Of a stretch of DNA of 64,000 nt, positions 14,691 to 26,993 are shown piece by piece (positions within the stretch are counted from its first letter, which is position 1; each line of letters opens with the position of its first letter). The notes under the pieces were generated by a model, which did no database searches, was not told the DNA's origin, and worked only from the letters and a program-made list of their open reading frames with translations. The position numbers and the translations under genes were made by a program. The stretch covers positions 310,001 through 374,000 of the forward strand of contig CBFFRP010000298.1 in NCBI GenBank assembly GCA_965644295.1. The letters are read 5' to 3'. Source of the DNA: Paraphysomonas bandaiensis (lineage: Eukaryota > Protista > Chrysophyceae).

Positions 14691-14886
14691 TTACGTACTC
14701 TCTGTACAGATGTATATGAAAGATCCCGCCCAGATTTTTTTGTTCTTCTACTCCTCTGCTGTATATGGATGAGATCATCAGCGGAAACTGTGACTTTATT
14801 TCAAGTAGAAGCTCATCATAACCACAAAAACATCGCGTTGAGTGGTAAATACTCTTAAACAATTAAAGAATCATAGACATACAGTG

Positions 14887-15450
14887 ATGAGGTTAGTTGT
14901 ACAGAGAGTTACTTCTGCAAGAGTTGCAACTGAAGCTGCTGGTCAGTGATATCTTTCCAACAATAACTTAACACAATTCATATAGTACATGCGTGTAGGG
15001 CTACTAGGTGAGATTGGAAAAGGGTTATGTGTTCTTGTTGGGATTGGGGAAGGAGATGGACCGCAAGAAGTTGAATGGTGCACAAAAACATTGTTAACTA
15101 CTAAATTTTGGCCCGATGAGAACGACCGTCCATGGAAGGTTGCCCTGCAGAATACGGATTATAAAATTCTTGTGGTCTCACAGTTCACATTGTATGCGAA
15201 ATTATACAAGAAAGGAAAACTTGATTTTCATCATGCTATGGCTCCTGACTCTGCAAGAGAGCTTTACAACGACATTGTTGTCAAGCTCCGAGAGGCACTA
15301 GGTCAAGACAGAGTAGAACAAGGGGAATTCGGGGCGTATATGCAAGTAAGTATTGGGCAGTCATATTTTAACTCTGTGATATGGTTTCCGCAGGTTTCTA
15401 TTGAAAACGACGGTCCTGTAACTGTGAATTTTGAATCCACTGATAAGTAG
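14887..15450 (+). CDS. DTD1: D-aminoacyl-tRNA deacylase, 3 exons
   Basis: MRLVVQRVTSARV start, GLCVLVGI, signature SQFTL and terminal ENDGPVT motifs; introns at about 14942-14998 and 15346-15393. Confidence 0.93.
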
Positions 15451-15860
15451 TGAGACAAATTAGACAAATGATGTTTCTGAAGCATAACACTGCAATCGTA
15501 GTACTCTTGCCGAAATGTTGCTAAAAGCTAGCGTGGCTAAGATATATATATTAATCTTTCAAGCCGAGCTTTTAAATATAAAATAAAAGAGATATTGACC
15601 ACTTTTTAAATGCCTCACCAGCTAGTTGCCATACTGCATCTGGTGAATTTAGTACCTTTTCAACTTTGCCTAACTATGGTAACAACAAACTATGTAGAGT
15701 ATTGGCTACAAACTGTAGTAGGTCAGAAATAAGAAAAATACTACAACAATAACGCATATGTGATTAGTTAAGGCAACATGTACAGACTGAAACGGAGTTA
15801 GAAAAGTATTTGAAGGTAAAGGAGTGAATATAATATATATAAGCTGCCTCAAGTAAATTT

Positions 15861-17105
15861 CTATTCTTTACCTTCTTCTGAGTATACAGCAGCCATGTCT
15901 AAAATCGTTTGCCGCAGGGGTGTATAATTCATATTTGAAATATTTGGATACCCGAGATCTCTACATGCCTGAAAAATAATACATGTCCTTGCATTATATG
16001 TCATTGCATAGCGGAAGGTATAGCTGACCTTGGATATGTCAACTGTAGCACTGGAATTAAACTGAATTTCCGAGTTGCTCTCACGTAAACTCATAACAAC
16101 AGTGTACCTTGAGTCGGATTGCAAGGTCTGGGAAAAGAAAGCTGGGTGAATCCGATGCGGGGTACAGCATATATACCGAGCTCGCCCTCGGCTATCTAAA
16201 TTATCGTTCGGGATTTCTCCTGCCTGGATCAGAGCGGCACTAACGTCCCGCACATCACTCACACACATAGGTGAGAACTCTATACGCCCTTTTCTCATCC
16301 TAGATCACGAAGTAGAATTAGAAAGGTCGTGGAGGAATAGAGTGTGGACAACCATTCGTATATCAGCGACACTCCAGGACTATTTACAGTATTAGCATAA
16401 GGTGGTCCTAATAGAAACCCATGCACCACACTCTGCAAAGTTATTCGATCCATCCTAGTATTTTCCAAGGAAGTTTCCCACAAAAATCTTTCAGCTATTG
16501 TGAGAGTGGCCCATACAGGCGACATACCCGAGTCATCCAGGGTTGAAACCGTGTTCCAGTCTTCAGGAGTGTAAATCTTTTCACCAACTGAGAGACAGGA
16601 CGGAGAAAATACAGTACACAAGGGATTTGCCATAATAATTCTTTAATATCAAATGTTATATCAGAAGTATATATATAAAACAAACCTGCTAACCGAACCA
16701 GCTTTTCCTGCAGAGTCAACAACTGATTGCACTGCGCGTTTCGTCAACAGTGCCCATTCATCCGGTGACAGTCTCTTATCAATAAAAGCAAAAAATTCTG
16801 GAATAAACACCTACCAATAGAATTTACAAACATATAGCAATTGCAGTTCTCAACAATACATGACCAACTTCATCAAATGCGGGAAGATAACTTGAGGCCG
16901 ACAATGGGTCGCATTCATAAACCTCTATCCTTCCTGGATGAGCAGACTGAAGTTGAAATATACAATCTAATACTCTAGCATTTGAAATTCTGTTGACAAC
17001 TGCACGTATATCGTGACCAGTGGACAGGAGCTGATGTACGAGCTCAGTTCCCAGGAAACTAGCAGCATTCAAGACACAAACTGTCCTGTTTGCTCGCCCT
17101 ACCAT
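15861..17105 (-). CDS. NAD(P)-dependent epimerase/dehydratase (extended SDR, DFR/CCR-like) with degenerate motifs
   Basis: TVCVLNAASFLGTELVHQLLSTGHDIRAV Rossmann start, YTPEDWN, LTIAERFLWE, GFLLGPP, VSDVRDVSAALIQA, ARYIC, PLRQTILDMA. Confidence 0.75.
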
Positions 17106-17438
17106 TTCCTTCACCACAACTTACTTAGATAGAATTGTGAGACATGGATCCGATACGAGTGGGGGCATTAACTCAGTGGCTGTGATGTTTGGCAATTGCA
17201 CTATCAAACAATGCAACATATGCAACAATGTATAGTGCATAAATCTACCAATAACATGACAAGCAGACATTATGGAGGGCTATGATTGGTTGTATAGAAG
17301 TAGAAGTATACATTACATGTACTCTTGTACATCCATCTATATGTCTATGTAGTACAGTACAGTGCAGCAGTACATTATAGTGGAGTGTTGTGTTGAGGAT
17401 TTGGACACGCACATTATCACAATATATCAACTCAACTA

Positions 17439-18775
17439 ATGCGACCCTCTACAGCACTCTCTCACTTATCCCGTCCACAAGAAAAAACATCCTCTCTATC
17501 TCTCGGTTGTCCTGTACTGGACTCAGCTATAGGGGGTATATATCGAGGAGGGGTAACGGATATATGCGGTGAAGCCGGCACTGGAAAGACACAGCTATGT
17601 CTCACCCTTTCTTTACAGGTATATTCATATGATAAGACATTACATGTAATGAATAGATTGTTTAGTGTCAGTTATCATTAGCAAGTAACGGATTAGATGG
17701 TAATGCTGCATATATGTGCTGTGGAGAGGGAGAGTTCCCTATACAGAGACTGTCATCACTTGCGGGCCACTTTGAAGGCAGATATGGTGTTTCACGTCGA
17801 AGTTTTTTGGATGGTGTATTAATTGAACAGTGTTATACATCTGAGGATGCGCTTGACACATTGGTATGATTTTGACTCTGTTATGTTTCTGATATCTAAG
17901 TCATCGTACCAGACTAATAAACTACCAAAAATGTGTCGAACATGCAACATCAAACTTATTGTAATTGATAGGTGCGATCATTAGATTGACATGGTCTTAA
18001 TATTGACAACTATACGTAGTATTGCCGGTCTAGTGCGCACTGAGTTCGATTCATCCCGGGATGGAGATATCATGCGACGTACCAGTGTTTTGTTTTCGAT
18101 ATCGCAAAAGCTGAAATGGCTGGCGACAACGTTTCATGCGTGCGTAGTTGTGGCCAATCAGGTGTAGTAGCGAATAAATACATTATATTTTACACTAACA
18201 AAGCGAGGACGTAGGTCACAGGTGATTTCCGCTCGTATTCGGTAGGGAAAGGAGAGGGAGACATCAACTCTTTTGGTCAACGAGGGAGTGACTGTGTGCC
18301 TGCCCTGGGTCTAGCATGGACTCATTGTATCAATACTAGGTGAGATTTTCTTTATGTCAGATCTCGTGAAGGCAAATATGATTACTTATTGACGAGTATG
18401 CAGAGTGGAGTGATATATATTTTGGATTCTCTTAATGCTTTCTCCCTTATAAGTTTTGTAATTAGAATAATGCTGTATCGTGATTCTTCTGGAGTAAGAG
18501 AAAGCAATAACTGGAACCAAACAGAGCACTGCACAAGACATACATTTTCTACTACTGATGAATCCTTTCGTGAAGCAAGCGGTGCGTCTTCGTCAAACAG
18601 GATCGTAGACGTTAGGTCAACAGAAGTGCATATTCCTCAAACTGAACCAGGGTGTAATTTACCAGACAAGAAGATCAAATCAAGACGGTGGATGTGTTTG
18701 CAGCTATCACCTTGCTCTCCTTTGACTGAGTGTGAATACAGCATTGTTGAAGCTGGTCTGCGAGGGGTTGTATAA
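17439..18775 (+). CDS. XRCC3: RAD51 paralog, XRCC3-like, multi-exon
   Basis: LSLGCPVLD, Walker A GEAGTGKTQLCL, YMCCGEGEFPIQRL, Walker B LIVIDSIAGLVRTEF, VVVANQV, PALGLAWTHCINTR. Confidence 0.85.
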
Positions 18776-19298
18776 ATATTTTTCGCTATTGGTTTCACTA
18801 TAGATAATATTGTATATTTACCTTCTGATGTGTTGCAGAGAAAGACAAAGTTTTGGATCGACGTTTCTGATTTTATAGCGTAGGTATCTCCCAACTACCT
18901 TCTTTTGTGAAAGTGTGCATTTGCTCTACGAATTACGATGGTTATGTAATTTAACAAGTACAAACGCATATTCGACAGCATGATGTTGTTGTTAGTGATG
19001 GCCAGTAAGAAGCAAAAGTGGCCAATCACTGCAAATTTCCCACCTACTGATGTCTTGTTAAACTACTGTGCATAAAAGACTTTGTACTTGTAAGGGGAAA
19101 CATCATTATTAGGACAATTTATTGAAACAAGTCAAAGACATATATATACTCAATCTTTATAATGGAAGATTAATTCGTCCAACGAAAGAACAGCTTCTTA
19201 CAGCAAATAACAACCGGTTCTGAAAAAACATTTTAGAAATCAGCATTATCGCTGTCAAGACGCTTCACCATATACACTATCAACAAGATATCTTGATA

Positions 19299-20801
19299 TC
19301 AACCAGTAGTCAGTACATAAGCGAGGAAGTACGCCATTCTCCCTGTTTTTTCCATATGTACAGCAATTTGCTCCACTCTCCATTTTAGAGTCACATCAAC
19401 TGAACAAGCACCGACACCGAGAAGTTTCTCTTTAACGTTACTTTCGTGTTCAAGCATTGCCATGTCCAACTCGCCAGTGGAATCAAATGTTAATAGTGAA
19501 CCGTTTACAGCAGGGGGAGGCTTGCGGTCATCACTGCTATGCACCAGCACATCCTGCTAACACGTATCGATCAAAAGCGTACGTAATAATACGCAGAGTG
19601 TAAAACATACCGCTAAGTGCTCTGCTGGGAAAAACCCATGCAATGTCGCGTCCATCTCAGCTGTAGAAAAAAGCTTTGGAGACCCATTCACATCTTTTCT
19701 TACCACTTCCGCATCAGTACAGGAGACAGAGGCCGCTGCAATAGAAGATATTGAAAACGACGAGAATATTTCAGAAGCTGCAGATGTAGAGTCCGATACT
19801 GTGCTCGATACAAGATATAGGGGCGAATCTGTCTCAGAGAAAGACGATGCAACAGATACACATTCTGGCGATACCGTTGTAGCAACTGGTAAGAAAATAC
19901 GTCTCACAACTTTCTTCGTGCCACTGTTCGGCAAAGTGGAAGAAAGTTCATTGCCCAAAGAATTGGGAAATGTACGCACAGCCGCAGTGGCTACCGCATC
20001 TGCAGCAATAAAACATAATGGGGGAGACCTCAAAGCCGATCCGAACTCCAATTGTACGGCATCAATCTTCAGCACAGAAGTAGACGCTCGTAAGTCAGAA
20101 AGGTGGGTATCGCGGGGATGGAGAGGGCAATTGCTATGAGCATAAACAGTGTACCCTCCACTGTAACGCTTAATATCTGGAGAACCAGTTGATGGAAGAA
20201 TCGCCTGACCAAGTAATGAGCGTAGGAGCCAAATGAATCCGATTCCAGGTTTGTCCACTTGATGTAGGGCTAGATTAGAATCATAGCTACAAGTCTTCTT
20301 GTTCCGAGTGCCCAGAACGAGATAATCCTGATACGTGCACTGTCCATGGACATCCAGCAATAATACATTTTCACCAGCATGGTGGCACTTACAATGCTCT
20401 ATGCAATCAGATATTCGTTGATGATATGCAGTATACGCTTGACATCCTTCTTCACATTCAACATTGAAAGGCTGCTCTTTCGGCACCGCAGCATTACGAT
20501 TAGCATCAATAAACTTTCTGTGAAATTTCGCCGCAACTATGTAGGGCTTTCGGCCACACTTCTGCTGTATCGCTCTATCGATATATGACAGCAGTCGTAA
20601 AGTATACAGATCCGATTTGGTAGATATATCTGGACCAGATATTCTCGCTATGAATCGCTTTGAATGTTGTAACGATCCCCCATGAGGTGCGGTCAGTATG
20701 ATAGGTAACTGAGCACTCTCACGACGGTAGATAACACTCACATCCTCATTATGAGAGGGTGAGTCTAGTGACCTGTAGAACCCCTCTAAATCTACATCCA
20801 T
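19299..20801 (-). CDS. N-formylglutamate amidohydrolase-like zinc hydrolase with an unrecognised C-terminal extension, 2 exons
   Basis: IILTAPHGG, IDANR, LLLDVHGQ, YSGGYTV, AVQLEFG. An intron GTATGT...GTGTTAG (about 19611-19558) joins ORF 20801 in frame to ORF 19550. Confidence 0.75.
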
Positions 20802-21805
20802 ATCTATGTAATCAACAGACTTAATCTAGTCTATTATCTTGGTATTCATCAGGTCGATAGGGCTCATGTAGTGATGGATATATGGGTATATTATCGAGTG
20901 AAGAGCTCATACATCATGATGACACTTTACGCAACCAACATAAAGCAATTCCTACACTAAAATAACTCCACATCTCTAAAAATACAAGCTTTTTAGGTTC
21001 GAATAGAGAAGAATTATGTTAAAATCGTGTGTTTTTTAGGTATTCCCACTTAAGAAATTCGAGTAATAAGGAAAAACAGCAAGATACGGTAGAACTCTGT
21101 CCAATGTGTACAGAGTGTCATTGCAGTCATACTTGCTGTATATTTCCGTTAAGAATATCTTGTACATCAGTCCGATCCAACACAAGGCATGATCAATCTT
21201 CAGTATATCGAAGACTGAAATATTAATTTCTTTTGCTTTGGATCGAGTTACGATCACCGCAAGAGACAACACAAAGTTTTTTTTATAAGTTAGCAGGATG
21301 AGGAAATGATTCCGAATAGCATCCCAATTCAGCTGAGCAAGCCGGAATTAGTGCAAGAGTTTTATACATCTCAGAGTAAATGGTATTTATGAGAACGCTG
21401 GTCGTACTAATTTCTCTAACCTATATTTCAGAAATGCGTATTTACGTATTTACTATCTACGACCTCTTTTGTCAACTAATCTACTTGTTTCTTTTAAAAT
21501 TATCTTTCATATATTTTAATGGTAGTGCCATACTATGTATCTTGTTAGAGCCGAAATATTTATCTCACACTAAAAGAAACTGCTCTTAAACCCAACCCTA
21601 AAAGCAATCAAACAAAACACAATTCCAAGGGAGAGATATGTATTTGTGATTCTTAATATTTAATATAATTCAAAGCAGAACAATATCAAAACACAAAACT
21701 ACTTTTGCGATAAGTAACTACATGTTAACATAGAGCCTATGGGGCTTATAAGTAATAATAAAGTAATAATTTTATACTGGGCTTACACGCAATACTATTT
21801 CAATT

Positions 21806-22666
21806 TCAATCAATACTAGGTTCGCAAATTTCGATAAACGGAAGCAGTGATGTTGCACAAGCATATACCTTTTCACCAGCAAGTCCAGTATTTGAATCCG
21901 CCGATAGACAGTGTACTTCTACGACGTATTGGTCATTGTCAAACTTCAACTATAAATAGTCGTTAGGTCAATTGGGGCACAACACAACCACAAACCTCAT
22001 CAACATACGGCTGGTGCAGAATGGAAACAGCAACGGTACCTGTATTTACGTAAATTAACTACAGCATAGAGCACATACGTAACACAAACCCAGCAACTCT
22101 ATCTTTATGCCAAAGTAATTCGATTTTCGTATGGCTCTGATATACATATAATCAGTACAGTGGCTGCACAAGACATCGACACATACATGCATTCTATGTT
22201 TTGAAATATTTTTTCAATATTTCCTATGACAACACTCTGTCGTCGTGAGCGAACAACGCTATTTCCAGAAATTGATTTTCCCTCACGAAACATTTGCCTA
22301 CGAAATTGCTTACATCACAGGTATACTAGTAACTGATGTACCTTGTGGCCTGAACCTTCAGTAGTTTATCGTAATATTCAGATTGAATTAACTCAGATTC
22401 TATTTCAGAAACTGGTAATTCAAAAATATCTCTAACTATTACAGGTCGTCTAGATGCTTTGGAAATGTACTGAACATCTTTGAAGAGAAAAACAGAACGG
22501 GGCAAATGAGTGCACGACAAGCTCTGTCATATGTATTACAATAAAGAAATATAATCAATCAAAATTTCACCTCAATAAGTGTGATTAAATCCCTCAATTT
22601 GGAACTATGAACAGTGCCCCGTACAATACATTCATTGATCATCTCAGGCACATATTCAGAACTCAT
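21806..22666 (-). CDS. Putative Mediator subunit MED18-like protein, multi-exon
   Basis: Spliced product starts MSSEYVPEMINECIVRGTVHSSKLRDLITLIE|SLS and ends DQYVVEVHCLSADSNTGLAGEKVYACATSLLPFIEICEPSID*. Both ends resemble MED18 termini as recalled; the exons join in frame at GT-AG sites. Confidence 0.5.
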
Positions 22667-23091
22667 GATAGATAATCAATATAGACACTCCTCAAACTGA
22701 CAGAGGATGTATACGAGTATACTCTTATGATATCTAACTGGGTTGTGATATACAGCAATCGAATCACTGAGACAACTGCACAGCGACGCAACAAATCCAT
22801 AGAGGTCCCACTGTAGTATACTGCGGTATAACTGCCCTGTAGTCCACGGTCATAGTTTATATACACAACGCCAATATGTAGAATTTTGATGGACTGAAAT
22901 CCTTAAATGCGTAAAAACATATCCTAAAATCCATATTTTATAGCAATACGCACAATGAAAATCATCCACACAAAACATGCATGTTGTTGCCAAGCATTGT
23001 ATACGGTATACCAGCAATAGGCGGCAGGAGCAGAGGAACCACAGCATAATAACAATATTAACATCTTGCGACTTTATTCACCACTTCAAAT

Positions 23092-23871
23092 ATGTCACAA
23101 AGCAATCCTGTTGTGTATTTTGATATTGCCATTGCAGGTGTCTTATGATATATGTTTTTTGTCCAGTTAGTAGTGACTGAAATTATTTACAGGCCGCCCT
23201 GCTGGTAGAATTGAAATGACCTTAAGGGCCGATGTTGTGCCTAGAACAGCTGAGAATTTTCGTTGTCTTTGCACTGGTTTGATTGATTTCCTTATAGATT
23301 TTATTTTCTAACTTTAATGACATCCAGGAGAGAAGAGCACACCAAGCAAGAATCTGTGGTTCAAGGATTCTATTTTCCACCGAGTGATCCCCAACTTTAT
23401 GCTTCAGGTACGATTTGGCGTTTCTATTACTTTAAAGTTAACTAGCTTTTATAGGGAGGAGATTTCACGGTATGTGTGGTGCATGATATTTGGATGTGTT
23501 ATTCACAAGCTCGTGGTCTCAATGTCATTAGAAAGCTAATGGCACTGGAGGTGAATCCATCTATGGATCTAAATTCGCCGATGAGAACTTTGTCCTCCGA
23601 CACACTGGCCCGGGCCTTCTTTCCATGGCAAACAGTGGCCCGAACAGTAACGGAAGCCAGTTTTTTATTACCACTGTTGAGGTATGGACTGTGTGTTGAT
23701 GGTGTTTTGTTCTGAAGGTGTACGTAGACCCCTTGGCTAGATGGAAAGCACGTCGTTTTTGGTAGCGTAACCAATGGAATGGAAGTTGTCCGTGCAATTG
23801 AAGAAGTTGGAAGTGGATCAGGAAGAACCACCCAGAAAGTATCCATCGTTGACTGCGGGCAACTCGCTTAA
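23092..23871 (+). CDS. Cytosolic-type cyclophilin (CypA-like), 6 exons
   Basis: [16 protein letters not shown]|[28 protein letters not shown]|EK...[11 protein letters not shown]|GGDFT|[12 protein letters not shown]...NGSQFFITT..|[12 protein letters not shown]...DCGQLA*. Confidence 0.95.
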
Positions 23872-24739
23872 GAGAGATCAGCGGATAGCCATATGTTGCG
23901 GTTAAGGGGTGTCTACTTGCTGCATTGTAGTAGTAAATTGATGAATAACCGTTTGTAATGTATTGGCGTCATTAAAATGATAAACAATAAGTGTCTTGAT
24001 CCTTTTAAATATATTGCCATCAGCCTTCACATTACTGTTCACTGTACGCCGCATCTGCGCTAGTGAGCTTGTATCTTGGAAATGGGGATGCTGCAATTCA
24101 TAAAAAATATCTAGGTAGACTTCTTGGGTGCTTATGTCGACTAAGCTAGATGAGATAATTAGAGAACACATTGTTTTCGTTCGAAAGAACATGAATATGT
24201 GGCCCCAGTCTGCAATTGTGTATCGAAATAATTTAGGGAGTAGAATGTATATACTCATTACTTTGGGAGATTGTGGTTGATTATTTTTACCTCCAAATAC
24301 CTAGCTAAGACTGCTAGCTACAACTAATGTATTCGTAACATTCTCCTTATAATTTTATCATAATGACTCCATTAACCAACCATCTTTACAAAACTGTAAC
24401 TACGGTTGTTTACTGCTTTCTACCCACTGATATATTAGGTTAATGTTGCATTGTTTTAACTGTCATTGATAGAGAAAAAGTTGTCACTCACGATTGGGTC
24501 GACATTTCGACTGTGTTTAGAGTGATATATATTATACAACATTTTGACATAAATGTAGGTAATGTTGCAACGGCCTATATACTACTCCAGTAGCGTATGT
24601 AGCCGGCACATAACTTGCATTAACCTTTTACCCCTGACTTGCTAGAACACCTGGCCACGTTTTTGTTACATGCCAATTCTTTCGAAATCGTGGAACGAGT
24701 AGTGAATTGCTCAATACAGACAACATGTATTTTTACAGG

Positions 24740-25057
24740 TTATTGGTGTTTCTTTTTCCGAGATTGCTTAATAAACACATAGGAGACAAACAACGATATC
24801 AATACTATTCCAAAAACCAAGAGAGTGGCCGGAATTGCAATGGCATACTGATGAGGCGGAAACCAACTATTCAATATGTTGCTCTTATCCAAGTAGGGCT
24901 GTGAATTTAGGTCACAAACAAAATTGGAGCACATTAATTAACTCACCACAACAAAAACCCAAGTAGTGTAGTACAAAAATATAAATACACTAGCCCCAAC
25001 GAGAGATAATCCGATCAATTTATCCGCAATCTTCATACTGTCTTTCCACGCCTGCAT
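24740..25057 (-). CDS. DPM2: Dolichol-phosphate mannosyltransferase regulatory subunit 2, 2 exons (ATG at 25057 or 25036)
   Basis: DKLIGLSLVGASVFIFLYYTTWVFVV|PYLDKSNILNSWFPPHQYAIAIPATLL; two TM helices, the conserved FxYYTxW and FPP-YA-IP motifs, and a basic tail. Confidence 0.9.
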
Positions 25058-25210
25058 AACTGATATTACAACAGAGCAAGAGAGACACACGGCATACTAA
25101 CACACAAAGTTCAAGAAAACGTTGACAATAACACGCAATAAAGAGAACACTGTAAGTTAGGAGTATGATGACAACAAATTACAAGAACAGCTGCGACTAA
25201 AGTGACATGC

Positions 25211-25453
25211 TACATACATACATACATACATACATACATACATACATACATACATACATACATACATACATACATACATACATACATACATACATACATA
25301 CATACATACATACATACATACATACATACATACATACATACATACATACATACATACATACATACATACATACATACATACATACATACATACATACATA
25401 CATACATACATACATACATACATACATACATACATACATACATACATACATAC
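25211..25453. repeat. (TACA)n perfect microsatellite, about 240 bp
   Basis: Direct reading. Confidence 0.99.
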
Positions 25454-25523
25454 CGTATACCGTATACCGTAGATACATCGTAGCTACGAGCGAATTGTAG
25501 TAGATCTTAGATGCTATTAGTAG

Positions 25524-26573
25524 ATGTTATGTTATACTGTTACTAGTGTAATGTCAGCGAGATTATCAATGCGCCAGTTCATATTTCTCTGGATATTTTT
25601 GGCCGCGTTGCGCATCAGTGCTCTGGTCATACCCAAAGGAGCTTTGGATCCTGTATCAATAAATTCAACCTCTCCGCTTCCGTTCGATGTTGTTGGTGTT
25701 ATTGGTCACAAAACTGGATACGAGCTCGTTCATAATATGCTTGTCAGATTGGGTGCTATCTACAGTATTCAGGAGATTATTGAATTAAAGATAACTGCAG
25801 AGTGGAATGATTCGTGGTCAGACAGTTCCAGTAGACGTATATATCACTGCACGTATTTCGCGGCTTTTAGGAAGTTCAGACATTATTTTAGAGATTTCAG
25901 AGCTTTTGTAGTTGTCAGACATCCTTTGGATTTGATAATATCGACCCAAAGATATCATAGGGTTGCTGGTGGTGAGCCGTGGCTGCATGAGCCTGCTAAG
26001 TTTCTCAATGGTATGACTTACCAAGCATATATTAATTCATTGAGTGTACCTGATGCAAATATATTTGAAATGACATGCGGGCCGACTGTGAGAGAAATGA
26101 GCAGGGAGTTTCCGGTATTTCTTGCTGATCCTTACGTTACAGTTGTGAGAATGGAGGATATAAAGATGCACATCGACGAAGTAACTGACGACATGGCTAC
26201 TCATCTTCATATCAATAGTAGCAACCTATTACATGCGTTCCACGGGCTGGAATATGGAAATGCTGCCATGAAGACGCATTCCGCGAACAGAGATATAAAC
26301 ACCACTTTTTCTGCAGAGTATGAGTTCCCACACCGGTTAACCAACTGTGAGCCATATGTACACTTCGAAAGGATTTTTGGTGTTGATATTCTTCGTCTAC
26401 TTCCTTACGCGGATTCAATATCTATATTTGAGAAAATGAAGACTGTTCATTGCAAAGTTTCATTCAGTAAGGTATATAAACCTCGAAACTGTAAATGCAG
26501 AGACCCATCTGGAATTCATCACGGGTTTTCAGGTTGCTTGTATCAAGACTTGGCTTCAGGTTTCTTGGAATGA
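25524..26573 (+). CDS. Intronless sulfotransferase-like protein with N-terminal signal/anchor
   Basis: 349-aa ORF; 5'-PSB-like GHKTG and 3'-PB-like VVRHPLDLIISTQRYH, then EPWL and VRMED. Confidence 0.7.
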   Translation: MLCYTVTSVMSARLSMRQFIFLWIFLAALRISALVIPKGALDPVSINSTSPLPFDVVGVIGHKTGYELVHNMLVRLGAIYSIQEIIELKITAEWNDSWSDSSSRRIYHCTYFAAFRKFRHYFRDFRAFVVVRHPLDLIISTQRYHRVAGGEPWLHEPAKFLNGMTYQAYINSLSVPDANIFEMTCGPTVREMSREFPVFLADPYVTVVRMEDIKMHIDEVTDDMATHLHINSSNLLHAFHGLEYGNAAMKTHSANRDINTTFSAEYEFPHRLTNCEPYVHFERIFGVDILRLLPYADSISIFEKMKTVHCKVSFSKVYKPRNCKCRDPSGIHHGFSGCLYQDLASGFLE

Positions 26574-26800
26574 CAAGTTAATTATGTTTTATTTACTATG
26601 TGTACGACGATTGCCATCTCTCACTAATATAGATGGTTTTCCTCTTTGAAAAATGTGGAGTGATCTCAGTATATATAAAATCTATCTACCCTCTTGCATG
26701 CGACATTTTTGTGAAGCAACAATTGTACAAGGTATTCTTTTCGGAATTGTAGACAATTCTTAGTTCAGTAGAACTTCATTCACTTTGCTGTGGATTACAC

Positions 26801-26946
26801 TAGGGCCTGGTAACTATTAATCGCCCATTAATGGTAGTCCAGTTCCTGGCAATTATAATCAGCTTAATGAGAAATGTCCCTGCAATTATAATGGCACTAC
26901 CATTAATGGCATTAATGCCGTTGCAATTAACGGTTACCAGGTCCTG
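26801..26946. mobile_element. hAT-type MITE (146 bp)
   Basis: TIRs TAGGGCCTGGTAACTATTAAT / ATTAACGGTTACCAGGTCCTG; 8-bp TSD GATTACAC / GATTACGC; internal CCATTAATGG palindromes. Confidence 0.85.
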
Positions 26947-26993
26947 GATTACGCATGTCGAATAGCTTATTCTAGTTTCTCATGTATTATTAG

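Noticed and set aside
14020-14862. Long MYVC/YIHT-repeat ORFs (also 25157-25500)
   Set aside because: Artefacts of stop-free (TACA)n microsatellites; the real cyclophilin starts at 14346.
23902-24258. 118-aa minus-strand ORF
   Set aside because: No motif or splice context; lies between converging 3' ends and is likely spurious.
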